Counted from the first letter of the stretch, positions 39,243-48,992 are shown. The stretch is DNA of 64,000 nt from an uncultured bacterium (GCA_903857255.1 CAIODY010000034.1:8127-72126), one strand, 5' to 3'. Notes: generated by a model from the sequence alone, not told the origin. Program-made: numbers and translations.

Positions 39243-39626
39243 ATGCACAAAAAATATTTCACACTTTACGCCATTGCAGTTGTTGTATTAATTGCAATTT
39301 ATTTTTCGCTTTTAAAATTCAAGGCAACTGACATGCAATTGCATACTGACTTTTTGCTTTGTGCAATTTTCTTTGCAGTACTTTCTCCATTACTTTTTTT
39401 ATTCGGTGTGAAAGGTTTACAATCGAAAAACAATATTGGATTTATGAGTTTTTTCTATGGCAGTTTTATGATTAAACTCTTTTTGTCACTTGGCTTTGTG
39501 ATGATTTATTTATCGCAAATAAAAAACGTACAATGGTCATTCATAGCCGTTTTCGGGCTGTGCTACTTTTTATTTAGCGGCATTGAAACTGCTTGCTTGA
39601 TGATGGGTACAAAGAAAAAAGACTAA
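39243..39626 (+). CDS. Hypothetical small membrane protein (about 4 TM segments)
   Basis: ORF with four hydrophobic segments. No family recognised. Confidence 0.45.
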   Translation: MHKKYFTLYAIAVVVLIAIYFSLLKFKATDMQLHTDFLLCAIFFAVLSPLLFLFGVKGLQSKNNIGFMSFFYGSFMIKLFLSLGFVMIYLSQIKNVQWSFIAVFGLCYFLFSGIETACLMMGTKKKD

Positions 39627-39631
39627 ACCAA

Positions 39632-40372
39632 TTACCAGTTTCCTTCTTTTAGCAATTCAGTTTGCATAATCTCAAACGCATGCTGTTTAAGCGTTTCGGC
39701 ATCACGCCATTTTAATCCTTGCGCTTTTAATACAGGTAAATATTTTACGTTAATAAATCCAGGGCGAATTTTTAAAGCACTAAATCTGTTCAAAATTTGT
39801 TGCGTTCCTGTAATAATAAAAGGCTGAATATTGGTTTGTGTTTCAATCGCAATACGGAATGCGCCATCATAAAAACTTGCTAATGGCTCATCGCCCATAT
39901 TAAAAGTTCCTTCTGGAAAAATTACTACCGATGTGCCTCGAACAATTTGTCGTTTCAATAATTTCACACTTCTTGCTCGGTTATAAGGGCTGCTTCTATC
40001 CACCGAAATTGCCAGCGAACGATAGATTGGACCGAACAACGGAATCTTCCCCATTTCAGCCTTGCCTAAGGGTTTGAAGTATTTTGGAATAGCAATAAAA
40101 ATCAAAGCTGCATCCATATATGAACGATGATTGGCAATAAAAATTTCCGACTCATCTTCAATAATATTTTCTTTTCCTTTTACTCTGATTCGGATAAAAC
40201 AAACGATGAAGAAAATTTTTGTCCAACCTCTATTGATTTTAAAAATCACTTCGCTGCAACGTGGTTCGGGCAATAATTGGCAAATCATAATTAATGAAAA
40301 AGCAATTAGCAACGACACCACAAAAAAACTCACAACCCATACTCGGTATGGAAACCAAATAATTTCTTTCAA
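39632..40372 (-). CDS. plsC: 1-acyl-sn-glycerol-3-phosphate (lysophospholipid) acyltransferase
   Basis: Motifs NHRSYMD and FPEGT. Confidence 0.85.
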   Translation of the reverse strand: MKEIIWFPYRVWVVSFFVVSLLIAFSLIMICQLLPEPRCSEVIFKINRGWTKIFFIVCFIRIRVKGKENIIEDESEIFIANHRSYMDAALIFIAIPKYFKPLGKAEMGKIPLFGPIYRSLAISVDRSSPYNRARSVKLLKRQIVRGTSVVIFPEGTFNMGDEPLASFYDGAFRIAIETQTNIQPFIITGTQQILNRFSALKIRPGFINVKYLPVLKAQGLKWRDAETLKQHAFEIMQTELLKEGNW

Positions 40373-40446
40373 CTTTTTAAACTTAAATTTTGACGAATGT
40401 TGGTGAAGGTAATAAATACGAATGGCTTATTGTAAGCCATGAAAGA

Positions 40447-41436
40447 TTAATATGCCCATTTAATCCAAATGCTGCCCCATGTAAAGCCGCCACCAAAGGC
40501 AGCTAACAAGATATTGTCACCTTTTTTTAATTGACTTTCATAATCCCACAAACAAAGTGGAAGTGTGCCGCTTGTGGTATTTCCATAACGATGAATATTC
40601 AACATCACTTTTTCATCGGGCAAGCCACAACGCTTGGCGGTGGCGTCAATAATGCGTTTGTTGGCTTGATGCGGCACGAGCCATGCAATATCATCGCCTG
40701 TTAAATTGTTGCGTTTCATGATTTCTTCCGCCACATCAGCCATGCCGACAACGGCGAATTTAAAAACTGATTGACCTTCTTGATAAACAAAATGTTGCTT
40801 AGCTGTTACTGTTTCCATTGTAGGCGGATAGGCACTTCCACCAGCTTTTTGATGCAAATGTTTACATCCACTTCCATCACTTTTTAAAATCGAATCTTGA
40901 ATTCCTAAACCTTCTTCATTGGGTTCTAACAAAACTGCACCGGCTCCATCGCCAAAGATGACACAGGTTTGACGGTCGGTATAATCAATAATGGCACTCA
41001 TTTTATCAGCACCAACAATCACAACTTTTTTATGTGTGCCTGCTTCAATAAATTTTGAACCCGTTGCCAGAGCATATAAAAACCCACTGCAAGCGGCGTT
41101 GATGTCGTAGCTCCAAGCATTTGTTGCACCCACTTTATCGCAAATAATATTGGCTGTGGCAGGAAAAATCATATCGCCAGTTACGGTGGCACAAATCAAT
41201 AAATCAATTTCATCTGCTTTTATTCCACGTTTTTCCAACAAACGATTAACGGCTGCAATGCCCATCACACTTACGCCCTGACCTTCGCCTTTCAAAATTC
41301 TACGCTCTTTAATTCCTGTTCTTGAGGTTATCCATTCATCGTTGGTGTCCACCATTTTTTCTAATTCTTGATTCGTCAAAATATAATCGGGCACATAGCC
41401 AGCAACGGCGGTGATGGCGGCAGAAATTTTATTCAT
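40447..41436 (-). CDS. fabH: Beta-ketoacyl-ACP synthase III
   Basis: Active-site context AACSGF, with HQAN and GNTSSG-type motifs. Confidence 0.95.
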   Translation of the reverse strand: MNKISAAITAVAGYVPDYILTNQELEKMVDTNDEWITSRTGIKERRILKGEGQGVSVMGIAAVNRLLEKRGIKADEIDLLICATVTGDMIFPATANIICDKVGATNAWSYDINAACSGFLYALATGSKFIEAGTHKKVVIVGADKMSAIIDYTDRQTCVIFGDGAGAVLLEPNEEGLGIQDSILKSDGSGCKHLHQKAGGSAYPPTMETVTAKQHFVYQEGQSVFKFAVVGMADVAEEIMKRNNLTGDDIAWLVPHQANKRIIDATAKRCGLPDEKVMLNIHRYGNTTSGTLPLCLWDYESQLKKGDNILLAAFGGGFTWGSIWIKWAY

Positions 41437-41536
41437 GAAAATTATTTTAAGAAAACAAAAGTAAAAATAGTAGCGACAAATTTTACAAGCATTTTTGAAT
41501 ACTTAATTTCTCTTTCAACTTTATAACTTCACAAAC

Positions 41537-43372
41537 TCACAATTCAAATTCCCAAACCGTTCGGTAAGTGCCATGCGTTTCGATATAAGTCAGAAATGAA
41601 TTATAAAATGCATCACCACCAATAGTTGCGCTATCACCAATCACATACAATTGTTCTTTTGCTCGTGTAATGGCAACATTCATGCGCCGATAATCTTTCA
41701 AAAATCCAATATCATTTTCATCATTGCTGCGAACCAACGAAAGAATTATCGTTTCTTTTTCTTGCCCTTGAAAACTATCAATGGTGCTAATTCGCATGGT
41801 TGGTAAAATTTCTTTTCCAGCAGCCACTTGACCTGAATAAGGCGAAATCACTGCTGTTTCAGTAGGATTCAAATTTTCATTTTCTATCAGTTTTTGAATC
41901 AATCGCAATTCTCCTTCATTTTGCAAACTCGTGCCATCGCTGCCTTTTGTTTCATTAAATCCCGAACCTGCGGTATCAATAAAACAAATATGCTGGGCAA
42001 TATTATTGAGGTGCGATGCGGTTTTCAGCAAGCCTTCATAAAAATAATTGCTCGAAAATTGTGCAATAGATTCCCTCATTCGGTATTGTGTATTCAACAA
42101 AAAAACTTGCGAAATTTTCGTAAAACTCACTTCTAAAATAGAGCGATTGAAACCTAATTTCATCGCATCACGACTTAGAACTGTAGGAGGTAATTGTAAA
42201 TGGTCGCCAGCTAATACATATTTTTCAGCAAACGGAAATATACACCAAGCCAACGGTTCAAGGCATTGCCCAGCTTCGTCAATCACTAAAGTTTGAAATT
42301 TTATTCCTGCAATTTTTGAATCATTCAAACCAATAGGTGTTCCTAAAATCACATCCGCTTCTTCATACAATTTTTGTTCGTTGTAAGCCTGAATATTTTT
42401 TATTTCGGCTCGAATATTTTTCACTTCTTTAAATAATAAATTGCGTTGCTCACGTTCGGCTTTTCCAAAACTTCGTTTGTATTTCAAAGCCATTCGGCGA
42501 AATTGTTCGGCTCTAAATTTTAGTTCTTTAATTTCTTTTTGTTGTTTACTATTCGCCAATTTTCCTTCGGGTGTGTGTTGGAAAATTGTTTCATCTACTT
42601 TGCTACTATTGCCCACTCGAAGTATCTTCAAACCTTGTGCTATTAAGCCTTTGGCAATATTATCCATTGCTGTATTACTCGGCGCAGACACTAAAATCTT
42701 TTCTTCTTTTTGTACTAATTGAAAAATAGCTTCTACCAAAGTGGTTGTTTTTCCTGTACCTGGCGGACCATGCACAATCGTCATTTCTTCATTTTGAATA
42801 ATGGCATTTACTGCTTGTTGCTGACTTTCATTTAATCGATTATTTCTGAAAGAAACGTTTTCCAACCTCACCCCAACCCTCTCCAAAGGAGAGGGGGCCG
42901 TGGCATGAATTTTATCAAACAATTTAAAAAGCGGTTTATTGCTTTCCAAATTACTCAATATCTCTTTCATAATGGAAGTGGTGTGTTGGTCGGGTGCTAA
43001 TTTTATGCCTACGCCAGCATCTTCAATCCAATCAGGAAAGTCGGGCGCAAAGAGGCGAAACTCACCGCTTCTGCCTTCTACATTCAACAAAATTCCTTTC
43101 ACAGGTTGTTCGCCATTGATGAAACATTCAATCGCAGTTCCATCTCTAAACCGATTAGTTTCGGCAGGAAAATTTAATCGGAAACTGATTTCAGGATAAT
43201 CGGCATAGCCAAATGTTTTTCGTGTAACCACAATTGGATGCAATGCCAAACCTTCTGCCTTCAAGGATTTCAGGCTATGTTGTTGGTCGAGGCTATATCG
43301 TTTTATTTCTTCGGCTTCTTCTAAATTGATACATTGAATGAGCTTTTGAATTTGTGGATGACTGGATGGCAT
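41537..43372 (-). CDS. Superfamily-1 helicase, Upf1/IGHMBP2-like
   Basis: Walker A GPPGTGKTTT, DEAGQ box and C-terminal SF1 motifs (VDSFQGQE, NVAITRAK). Confidence 0.85.
   Translation of the reverse strand: MPSSHPQIQKLIQCINLEEAEEIKRYSLDQQHSLKSLKAEGLALHPIVVTRKTFGYADYPEISFRLNFPAETNRFRDGTAIECFINGEQPVKGILLNVEGRSGEFRLFAPDFPDWIEDAGVGIKLAPDQHTTSIMKEILSNLESNKPLFKLFDKIHATAPSPLERVGVRLENVSFRNNRLNESQQQAVNAIIQNEEMTIVHGPPGTGKTTTLVEAIFQLVQKEEKILVSAPSNTAMDNIAKGLIAQGLKILRVGNSSKVDETIFQHTPEGKLANSKQQKEIKELKFRAEQFRRMALKYKRSFGKAEREQRNLLFKEVKNIRAEIKNIQAYNEQKLYEEADVILGTPIGLNDSKIAGIKFQTLVIDEAGQCLEPLAWCIFPFAEKYVLAGDHLQLPPTVLSRDAMKLGFNRSILEVSFTKISQVFLLNTQYRMRESIAQFSSNYFYEGLLKTASHLNNIAQHICFIDTAGSGFNETKGSDGTSLQNEGELRLIQKLIENENLNPTETAVISPYSGQVAAGKEILPTMRISTIDSFQGQEKETIILSLVRSNDENDIGFLKDYRRMNVAITRAKEQLYVIGDSATIGGDAFYNSFLTYIETHGTYRTVWEFEL
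42866..42904. repeat. GC-rich palindromic mini-element embedded in frame in the helicase gene
   Basis: Sequence cctcaccccaaccctctccaaaggagagggggccgtggc. It contains ccctctcc (42877-42884), aaa, ggagaggg (42888-42895). 27 of 39 bases are G/C by hand count, in an AT-rich gene. It encodes TAPSPLERVGVRL. Confidence 0.55.
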
Positions 43373-43423
43373 TTATTGAAAATAAAAAAGGCTTCTGAAA
43401 TAAGAAGCCTTTTTAGTAAAAAA

Positions 43424-44866
43424 TTATTTTGTTCTGTTTCGTAAAAATTGAAATAATAAGCGCATGCCGTATCCAGTACCGCCTTTGCCCCAATAGCTGG
43501 CTTCGGCAAATGCAAACGATGGACCAGCAATATCATTATGCACGTAAGGATAATTGGTGAAATTTTCTAAAAATTTTCCAGCAGTCATCGCACCACCGTC
43601 AGCACCACCAACATTTTTCAAATCAGCAATGGATGATTTCATGCGGTCGCCATACTCTTCCCAGAAAGGCATTTCAGCGCCACGTTCATAAACCTCATCA
43701 CCAGCTTTTTTAAATTCGCTCATCACCTTTTCGTCTGCATTGCCCATGATGGCATGCCCCCAAGGTCCTATCAATCGGGCTGCTGCACCAGTTAGTGTTG
43801 CAAAATCAATTACCAATTCAGGATTATATTGTTGCGCATAACTTAATGCGTCAGCCAAAATCATTCTGCCTTCGGCATCGGTGTTCAACACTTCTACAAA
43901 AAGCCCGTTATGCATTTTAATAATGTCGCCTGGTGTGTATTCTGAACCGTTGATTCTATTATCGGTTGAAGGAATTAAACCAATCACATGCAAATTCAAT
44001 TTCAATTTTGCAATTGCCATGAAAGTGCCCAACACCACTGCTGCGCCGCCCATATCGCTTTTCATGTGGTCCATCGAATCGGGTGTTGGTTTAATGCTTA
44101 AACCGCCAGTATCATACACCACACCTTTGCCCACCAACACAATTGGTTTTTTGTTCAAAGGCTTTGCTGGCTTGTGTTCCAAGATGCTGAATGTAGGCTC
44201 GATGGGACTGCCCATATTCACAGCCAACAATCCACCAAAATTATTTTGTTTGATTTTTTTCTTGTCCCAAACTTCGGCTTTGAAACCATATTTTTTTGAG
44301 GCTTTTAAAACTTCTTTGCCCAAATCAACGCTACTTAATGAAATCACAGGTTCATTTACTAAATCACGAACTTGATACATCACTTCGCAAATAGTGTTTA
44401 AAGTTTCTACTTCGTTTTTCAATTTTGCATCACCAACTACATTAATAGTTTCTAAAGAATTTTTCTTTTTTGAAGCGTCTTTGAAATATTTGATGAACTG
44501 ATAATTGCTCAACGCCATTCCTTCGGCAACATATAATTGTGCATTAGCGATATGCGATGCATTTACAACATCAACAGTTTTTGTTTTGTATTTATTCAAT
44601 GATGCAGTTGCGCCATTAGCTGCTTTGCGCAAGGCTTCATGCGTTAAATGCAATTGTTTTTTTTCATCAGCCACCAATACAAAAACCATTTTTCCATTTT
44701 CATGAAGTAAGAAAGAATGGTTTTCTTGTTTGATTTGAGCAGCAATAAAATTGCTATTTTCTTTGCTCAATTTGATAGTAGCAGGAATAGAAGATTTTTT
44801 ATCTAAAATCAAAACCAAATTATTTTTTTCGTTGGCTTTGCTCGAAAACAAAATTGCTGTTGGCAT
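43424..44866 (-). CDS. pepA: Leucyl aminopeptidase (M17)
   Basis: Motifs VGKGVVYDTGG and NTDAEGR. The start is probably the internal ATG (MPTAILF, 44864-44866). Confidence 0.9.
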   Translation of the reverse strand: MPTAILFSSKANEKNNLVLILDKKSSIPATIKLSKENSNFIAAQIKQENHSFLLHENGKMVFVLVADEKKQLHLTHEALRKAANGATASLNKYKTKTVDVVNASHIANAQLYVAEGMALSNYQFIKYFKDASKKKNSLETINVVGDAKLKNEVETLNTICEVMYQVRDLVNEPVISLSSVDLGKEVLKASKKYGFKAEVWDKKKIKQNNFGGLLAVNMGSPIEPTFSILEHKPAKPLNKKPIVLVGKGVVYDTGGLSIKPTPDSMDHMKSDMGGAAVVLGTFMAIAKLKLNLHVIGLIPSTDNRINGSEYTPGDIIKMHNGLFVEVLNTDAEGRMILADALSYAQQYNPELVIDFATLTGAAARLIGPWGHAIMGNADEKVMSEFKKAGDEVYERGAEMPFWEEYGDRMKSSIADLKNVGGADGGAMTAGKFLENFTNYPYVHNDIAGPSFAFAEASYWGKGGTGYGMRLLFQFLRNRTK

Positions 44867-45176
44867 AAATTTAATAGAGATGTGGTTTAAAAAATTATTA
44901 AGGCTCAAATGTAATTAATCATCGTGAGAATTGAGGCAATAACAATTATTTAAGGGTTTTTACGGAGTGTTGTAAGCGAAACCATGCAACCAAAAGGCTT
45001 TGAAAGCAGTCTATCTTTATAGCAACAAACAAAAACACTATGCTACTATATTTTACCATATCATTAATCGCTTGGGTAAGCATCGGAAAAATGTTGAAGA
45101 ACATTTTTAGCCATCATTAATTTTTTCTGAAAATAAAACCCACAGCCAACAGCAATCCTGTTATTTTTGCAAACAA

Positions 45177-45623
45177 ATGTTTACAGAAATCAACAATAGA
45201 GCGGCTTCATTTCACTTCAATTTATTAGATAAATACGAAGCTGGTTTGCAATTGACTGGCTCCGAGGTTAAATCTATTCGTCAAGGCAAAATCAACTTGG
45301 GCGATGCTTTTTGCTATTTTCAAGGTGGCGAATTGTGGATTAAAAACATGCACATCAGCGAATATAAATTAGCCAACATCAACAATCACGACCCAATGCG
45401 TATCAGAAAATTGTTGTTGAATAAAAAAGAATTGAAAAAATTACAAACCAAAGTAAAAGAGAAAGGTTACACGATTATTCCCACACGAATTTTTCAAAGT
45501 GAAACAGGTTTTTTGAAAATGGAAATTGCTTTGGCAAAAGGAAAAAATGTTGCCAGCAAAAAAGATTCCATCAAAGAAAAAGACATCAAAAGAGAAACGG
45601 ACAGATATTTAAGTACACGATAA
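45177..45623 (+). CDS. smpB: SsrA-binding protein
   Basis: YEAGLQLTGSEVKSIRQGK and a basic C-terminal tail. Confidence 0.9.
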   Translation: MFTEINNRAASFHFNLLDKYEAGLQLTGSEVKSIRQGKINLGDAFCYFQGGELWIKNMHISEYKLANINNHDPMRIRKLLLNKKELKKLQTKVKEKGYTIIPTRIFQSETGFLKMEIALAKGKNVASKKDSIKEKDIKRETDRYLSTR

Positions 45624-45626
45624 TTT

Positions 45627-46064
45627 TTATTTCACACCACTACTTCCAAAGCCACCTGCGCCTCTTTCAGTTTCGGTGATAACTTCAATAGCTTGCCAAT
45701 CAACGGTTTCATGCTTAGCAACAATCATTTGAGCAATTCTATCAGCGTTGTTGATTGTTTGATGTTCATCAGAAAGATTAATCATTGGCACACCAATTTC
45801 ACCTCGATAATCGGCATCAATTGTTCCAGGAGAATTTATAACAGTCAATCCACGTTTCAACGCTAAGCCGCTTCGGGGGCGAACTTGTGCTTCATAACCA
45901 ATTGGCAATTCAATAAATAAACCAGTTGGAATTAATTTTCTTTCCAAAGGTTTTAAAGTAATTGGTTCGACGATGAATGCTCTCAAATCCATGCCAGCAG
46001 CAGATTTGCTTTCGTAAGCAGGCAATGGATTGTTGGATTGATTGATGATTTTTATCTGGAGCAT
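45627..46064 (-). CDS. dut: dUTP diphosphatase
   Basis: Motifs AGMDL, RSGLA and [11 protein letters not shown]. Confidence 0.95.
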   Translation of the reverse strand: MLQIKIINQSNNPLPAYESKSAAGMDLRAFIVEPITLKPLERKLIPTGLFIELPIGYEAQVRPRSGLALKRGLTVINSPGTIDADYRGEIGVPMINLSDEHQTINNADRIAQMIVAKHETVDWQAIEVITETERGAGGFGSSGVK

Positions 46065-46080
46065 TTTGTTCTTATTTTAT

Positions 46081-46650
46081 CTATAAACCTAAAAATTCTT
46101 TCACCAAAATTTCTGCTTCTTTTAAAGTAATTGCTAAATTATCATTCAAAATAGTTACATCAAAATGAGGTGCATGGCTAATTTCGTGTTCGGCTTTGTC
46201 CATTCGTTCTTGCAAACTTTTAGCATCTTCGGTGTTGCGATTTTGCAAGCGTTGAGCCAATGTTAAAATATCGGGCGGCTTAATAAAAATCGCCAAAGTT
46301 TCGGTGGGATATTTTTCTTTGATGTGCAACCCACCCACCACATCTACATCAAAAATCACATGTTTTTTTTCGTTCCAAATGCGTTGCAATTCACTCTTCA
46401 AAGTGCCGTAATACTTGCCTTCGTAAACCATTTCCCATTCTACAAATTCATCGTTTTCGATTTTATTTTTAAAATCATCGGGCGACATAAAATAGTAATC
46501 AACGCCATCTTTTTCGTTGGCTCGTTTTTCACGGGTTGCGGCACTTACTGAAAAAGCCAACTGTGGCAAATGTTGCAGCAAATGCTTTACCACTGTGGTT
46601 TTACCAGCACCGCTTGGCGCAGCAACAACTATTAATTTTCCATTTTGCAT
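46081..46650 (-). CDS. gmk: Guanylate kinase
   Basis: P-loop APSGAGKTT and YYGT motif. Confidence 0.95.
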   Translation of the reverse strand: MQNGKLIVVAAPSGAGKTTVVKHLLQHLPQLAFSVSAATREKRANEKDGVDYYFMSPDDFKNKIENDEFVEWEMVYEGKYYGTLKSELQRIWNEKKHVIFDVDVVGGLHIKEKYPTETLAIFIKPPDILTLAQRLQNRNTEDAKSLQERMDKAEHEISHAPHFDVTILNDNLAITLKEAEILVKEFLGL

Positions 46651-46713
46651 AAAGGGAAGGCGAAGGTAAAAAGAAAATGAGGATGGAAAATTAAATTATT
46701 GCTTATTAATAGC

Positions 46714-47277
46714 CTATTTATCCGAATTCAAAACCTCTTCAATTTTGTAATAAACTTCAATTAGGGTTTTATAATTCGGGTTGGATTTGTGAAACAAAAA
46801 TGAAGTGTAAAGTATCTGACCTTCATTCAGTTTTATTTCGTTGTCAATCTTCACAATTTTGTTTCTGAATTTCGATTTTTCGTACCAACGATTAAACACA
46901 TTGAATCGCAACTTTGATTTTTCATTTTCATCCGAACAGATGTAAACCAAAGCATTTTCAATGTTTGCAAAAAATTGTTCGATAATTGTTTCAATAGTAA
47001 TCGAAACGCCTGCATCCAAAGGTTCTGTTTCATCAGTTGCTTTGTCAATCACAATCTGATAAATGTTCGGAATTTCAACTTCTGCAATGGTTGAAAAAGT
47101 GTGGTCAACTACAAAAGCTATCCGATATAAAATAGAATTTTTGGTAGTGAAATTATAAGTGTTGGTGATGTTGTCGAAAACAAAATTATAAGGGCTTTGC
47201 AAAATGAATTCCTTTTTTTGTAAGCGATGACAAAGATTTTTTGCCTTTGATATAGGCAACAACATCTTCCTTATCAA
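46714..47277 (-). CDS. DUF6169-like hypothetical protein (start uncertain)
   Basis: The pattern SPYNFVF...YRIAFVVD...ALVYICSDENEKSKLRFNVFNRWY resembles what I recall of DUF6169. The track start is a TTG. The region overlaps a 48-codon ORF in another frame. Confidence 0.5.
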   Translation of the reverse strand: MIRKMLLPISKAKNLCHRLQKKEFILQSPYNFVFDNITNTYNFTTKNSILYRIAFVVDHTFSTIAEVEIPNIYQIVIDKATDETEPLDAGVSITIETIIEQFFANIENALVYICSDENEKSKLRFNVFNRWYEKSKFRNKIVKIDNEIKLNEGQILYTSFLFHKSNPNYKTLIEVYYKIEEVLNSDK

Positions 47278-47332
47278 CCATCATTTTTGAAAGTGATTTA
47301 AGAATATCGGCTTTTTTTATTCTTTTCTTCAT
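47186..47332 (-). CDS. 48-codon ORF upstream of, and overlapping, the DUF6169-like gene (either a separate small gene or its frameshifted N-terminus)
   Basis: Own translation: MKKRIKKADILKSLSKMMVDKEDVVAYIKGKKSLSSLTKKGIHFAKPL*. The frames meet at an A7 run (plus-strand T-run 47213-47219). Confidence 0.3.
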   Translation of the reverse strand: MKKRIKKADILKSLSKMMVDKEDVVAYIKGKKSLSSLTKKGIHFAKPL

Positions 47333-47649
47333 GATGCAAAATTAACTATTAAATTTGCTAAATAACAACAATTATTTTAGGGTTAAATGCAACGGCACTG
47401 CTCAATTCAATGCTTTAATAAAGAACATTGACAATGGCTGAAAGACAAACTTTATAAATTTTCAAGAACATGAAAAAACAAATTGAAACAAGAAGTTACC
47501 AAGCCACAACGCTAAAAGGCTATGCGGCAGCTTGGCGACAACTAATACAGCTTAACTTCTACGGTCACAAAAAGAGAAGAAAAAGTACCTTAATAAATTG
47601 GTTTTCTCTTGTCTTTTTTCTATCTTAGAAGCAATAACAAACCTACTTT

Positions 47650-48288
47650 ATGTACGAGCCAAAATATTATTACTTTGATGAAATATACTTTGAAACTATT
47701 CTTTTTGATGACACAACTGACGTGACAATTTTTGGGTATGTAAATGACAAGGAAAAGGACGAATTATTTTGTTGTGATTTTATTTGTCAGTTTTCAGTGT
47801 TGTATGATATTTTATTTTTTTCTGGAAATGATGGCGAAATTTTGATGAATGAAATAAGTGAAAAATTATCGCATGATTTGGAAATACCTACAGAGATAGA
47901 TGTTGTAGAGATTTTAGAAGACCCTTTGTTAATTGACAAACTCCTTCTTAAAGTTTATAAAACACATGAAAAAGATGAGTTTGGTATTTGGAAAGAATCA
48001 AATGAATCTTGTTATTTCATTGATGAAATTATCGATGAAAGCAAGCATCTTAAACCAATTACGGAAGAAGATTTGGACAAAGCTTTAGAGCATGTGAACT
48101 CATTAGAATATGCCAAAGAACAATTTGAAGAACACATGTTGCTTCTAAACAATGGCTACAAATATTACTTGCAACTAATTGAAAAAGAATTTACAGAAAA
48201 GGATGCAAGAAAAATGAGTGGATTAAAAGATGAATTGCTTTTTAGAATTGCATATTATTACAACAAAATAAAACAAAATGAAAAATGA
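47650..48288 (+). CDS. Strongly acidic hypothetical protein
   Basis: 212 aa with D+E clearly exceeding K+R by eye. ATGA overlap with the next gene. No family recognised. Confidence 0.5.
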   Translation: MYEPKYYYFDEIYFETILFDDTTDVTIFGYVNDKEKDELFCCDFICQFSVLYDILFFSGNDGEILMNEISEKLSHDLEIPTEIDVVEILEDPLLIDKLLLKVYKTHEKDEFGIWKESNESCYFIDEIIDESKHLKPITEEDLDKALEHVNSLEYAKEQFEEHMLLLNNGYKYYLQLIEKEFTEKDARKMSGLKDELLFRIAYYYNKIKQNEK

Positions 48289-48992
48289 AAATCAAAAAAC
48301 TATTTGATGAATTAGAAGCGAAGTACAAAAAAGAAAATGGACAAAGCATTTTTGATGAATCGGGAATGATAATGATTAAAGAAAATCAAAAATTAAATTT
48401 TGGTTTTTTTCCAGCAGGTTCAGGAATATTTGTGCCGAATAAAAGTAAAATTCAAGAAGCAGAAATTGAAGAAGGTGGTGCCATGATTTTAGGAAATGAT
48501 TTTGGAACTCTAACTTATCTAGACAAAATTAACAATGGCGATAAAATTGAAGGAGGTAGTTCAACAATTAGAAATTTGAAAAAACTTGGGCTGGAGAATA
48601 AGTCTTTTCATACCAACTTTTATTTGGGAATTCGTGATGATAAAACTCATGAAGGAACAACAATGACTGACAGAATTGCGCCTCTGGAACAAAACTATAA
48701 GAGCTTTTGTTTCAGATTTTTCTTGAAACAATTAGAAATAATAAATCCTAAAGTGGTGGTTTGTTTGGGACATGATGTTAGGTTGGCACTTGCTGAAAAT
48801 GTACAACAGTTCGCTATTTGGAAATCAAAAAGTATTTCGTTTAAAAAACTTTATTCAACAGATAATTTTGTAATTAATGTTGATGATGAGTTAGGAAAAC
48901 GAAAATTCATTGTTATTCCTCACCCATGTTTCGCCAGCAATTTAAAGAAAAATTACGTTGATAAAATTCTAAAAGAATTGACTTTAAATTAA
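48285..48992 (+). CDS. Divergent uracil-DNA-glycosylase-superfamily-fold protein
   Basis: AMILGNDFGT resembles UNG motif A (ILGQDPY). PKVVVCLGHDVRLAL and VIPHPCFAS resemble the UDG-fold core strand and motif B (HPSP). This is pattern recognition only. Confidence 0.45.
   Translation: MKIKKLFDELEAKYKKENGQSIFDESGMIMIKENQKLNFGFFPAGSGIFVPNKSKIQEAEIEEGGAMILGNDFGTLTYLDKINNGDKIEGGSSTIRNLKKLGLENKSFHTNFYLGIRDDKTHEGTTMTDRIAPLEQNYKSFCFRFFLKQLEIINPKVVVCLGHDVRLALAENVQQFAIWKSKSISFKKLYSTDNFVINVDDELGKRKFIVIPHPCFASNLKKNYVDKILKELTLN

Noticed and set aside
44909-45176. A 268-bp gap upstream of smpB, checked for tmRNA (ssrA), plus a 26-codon hydrophobic ORF.
   Set aside because: There is no tRNA-like acceptor/T-arm and no tag-peptide reading frame. 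The mini-ORF has no support beyond being open.
47470-47628. 52-codon ORF (MKKQIETRSYQATTLKGYAAAWRQLIQLNFYG...) that reminded me of the N-terminal SAM-like domain of tyrosine integrases.
   Set aside because: The resemblance is impressionistic and rests on a few residues, and no catalytic domain follows. I mention it only as weak context for the islet, not as a mobile-element call.
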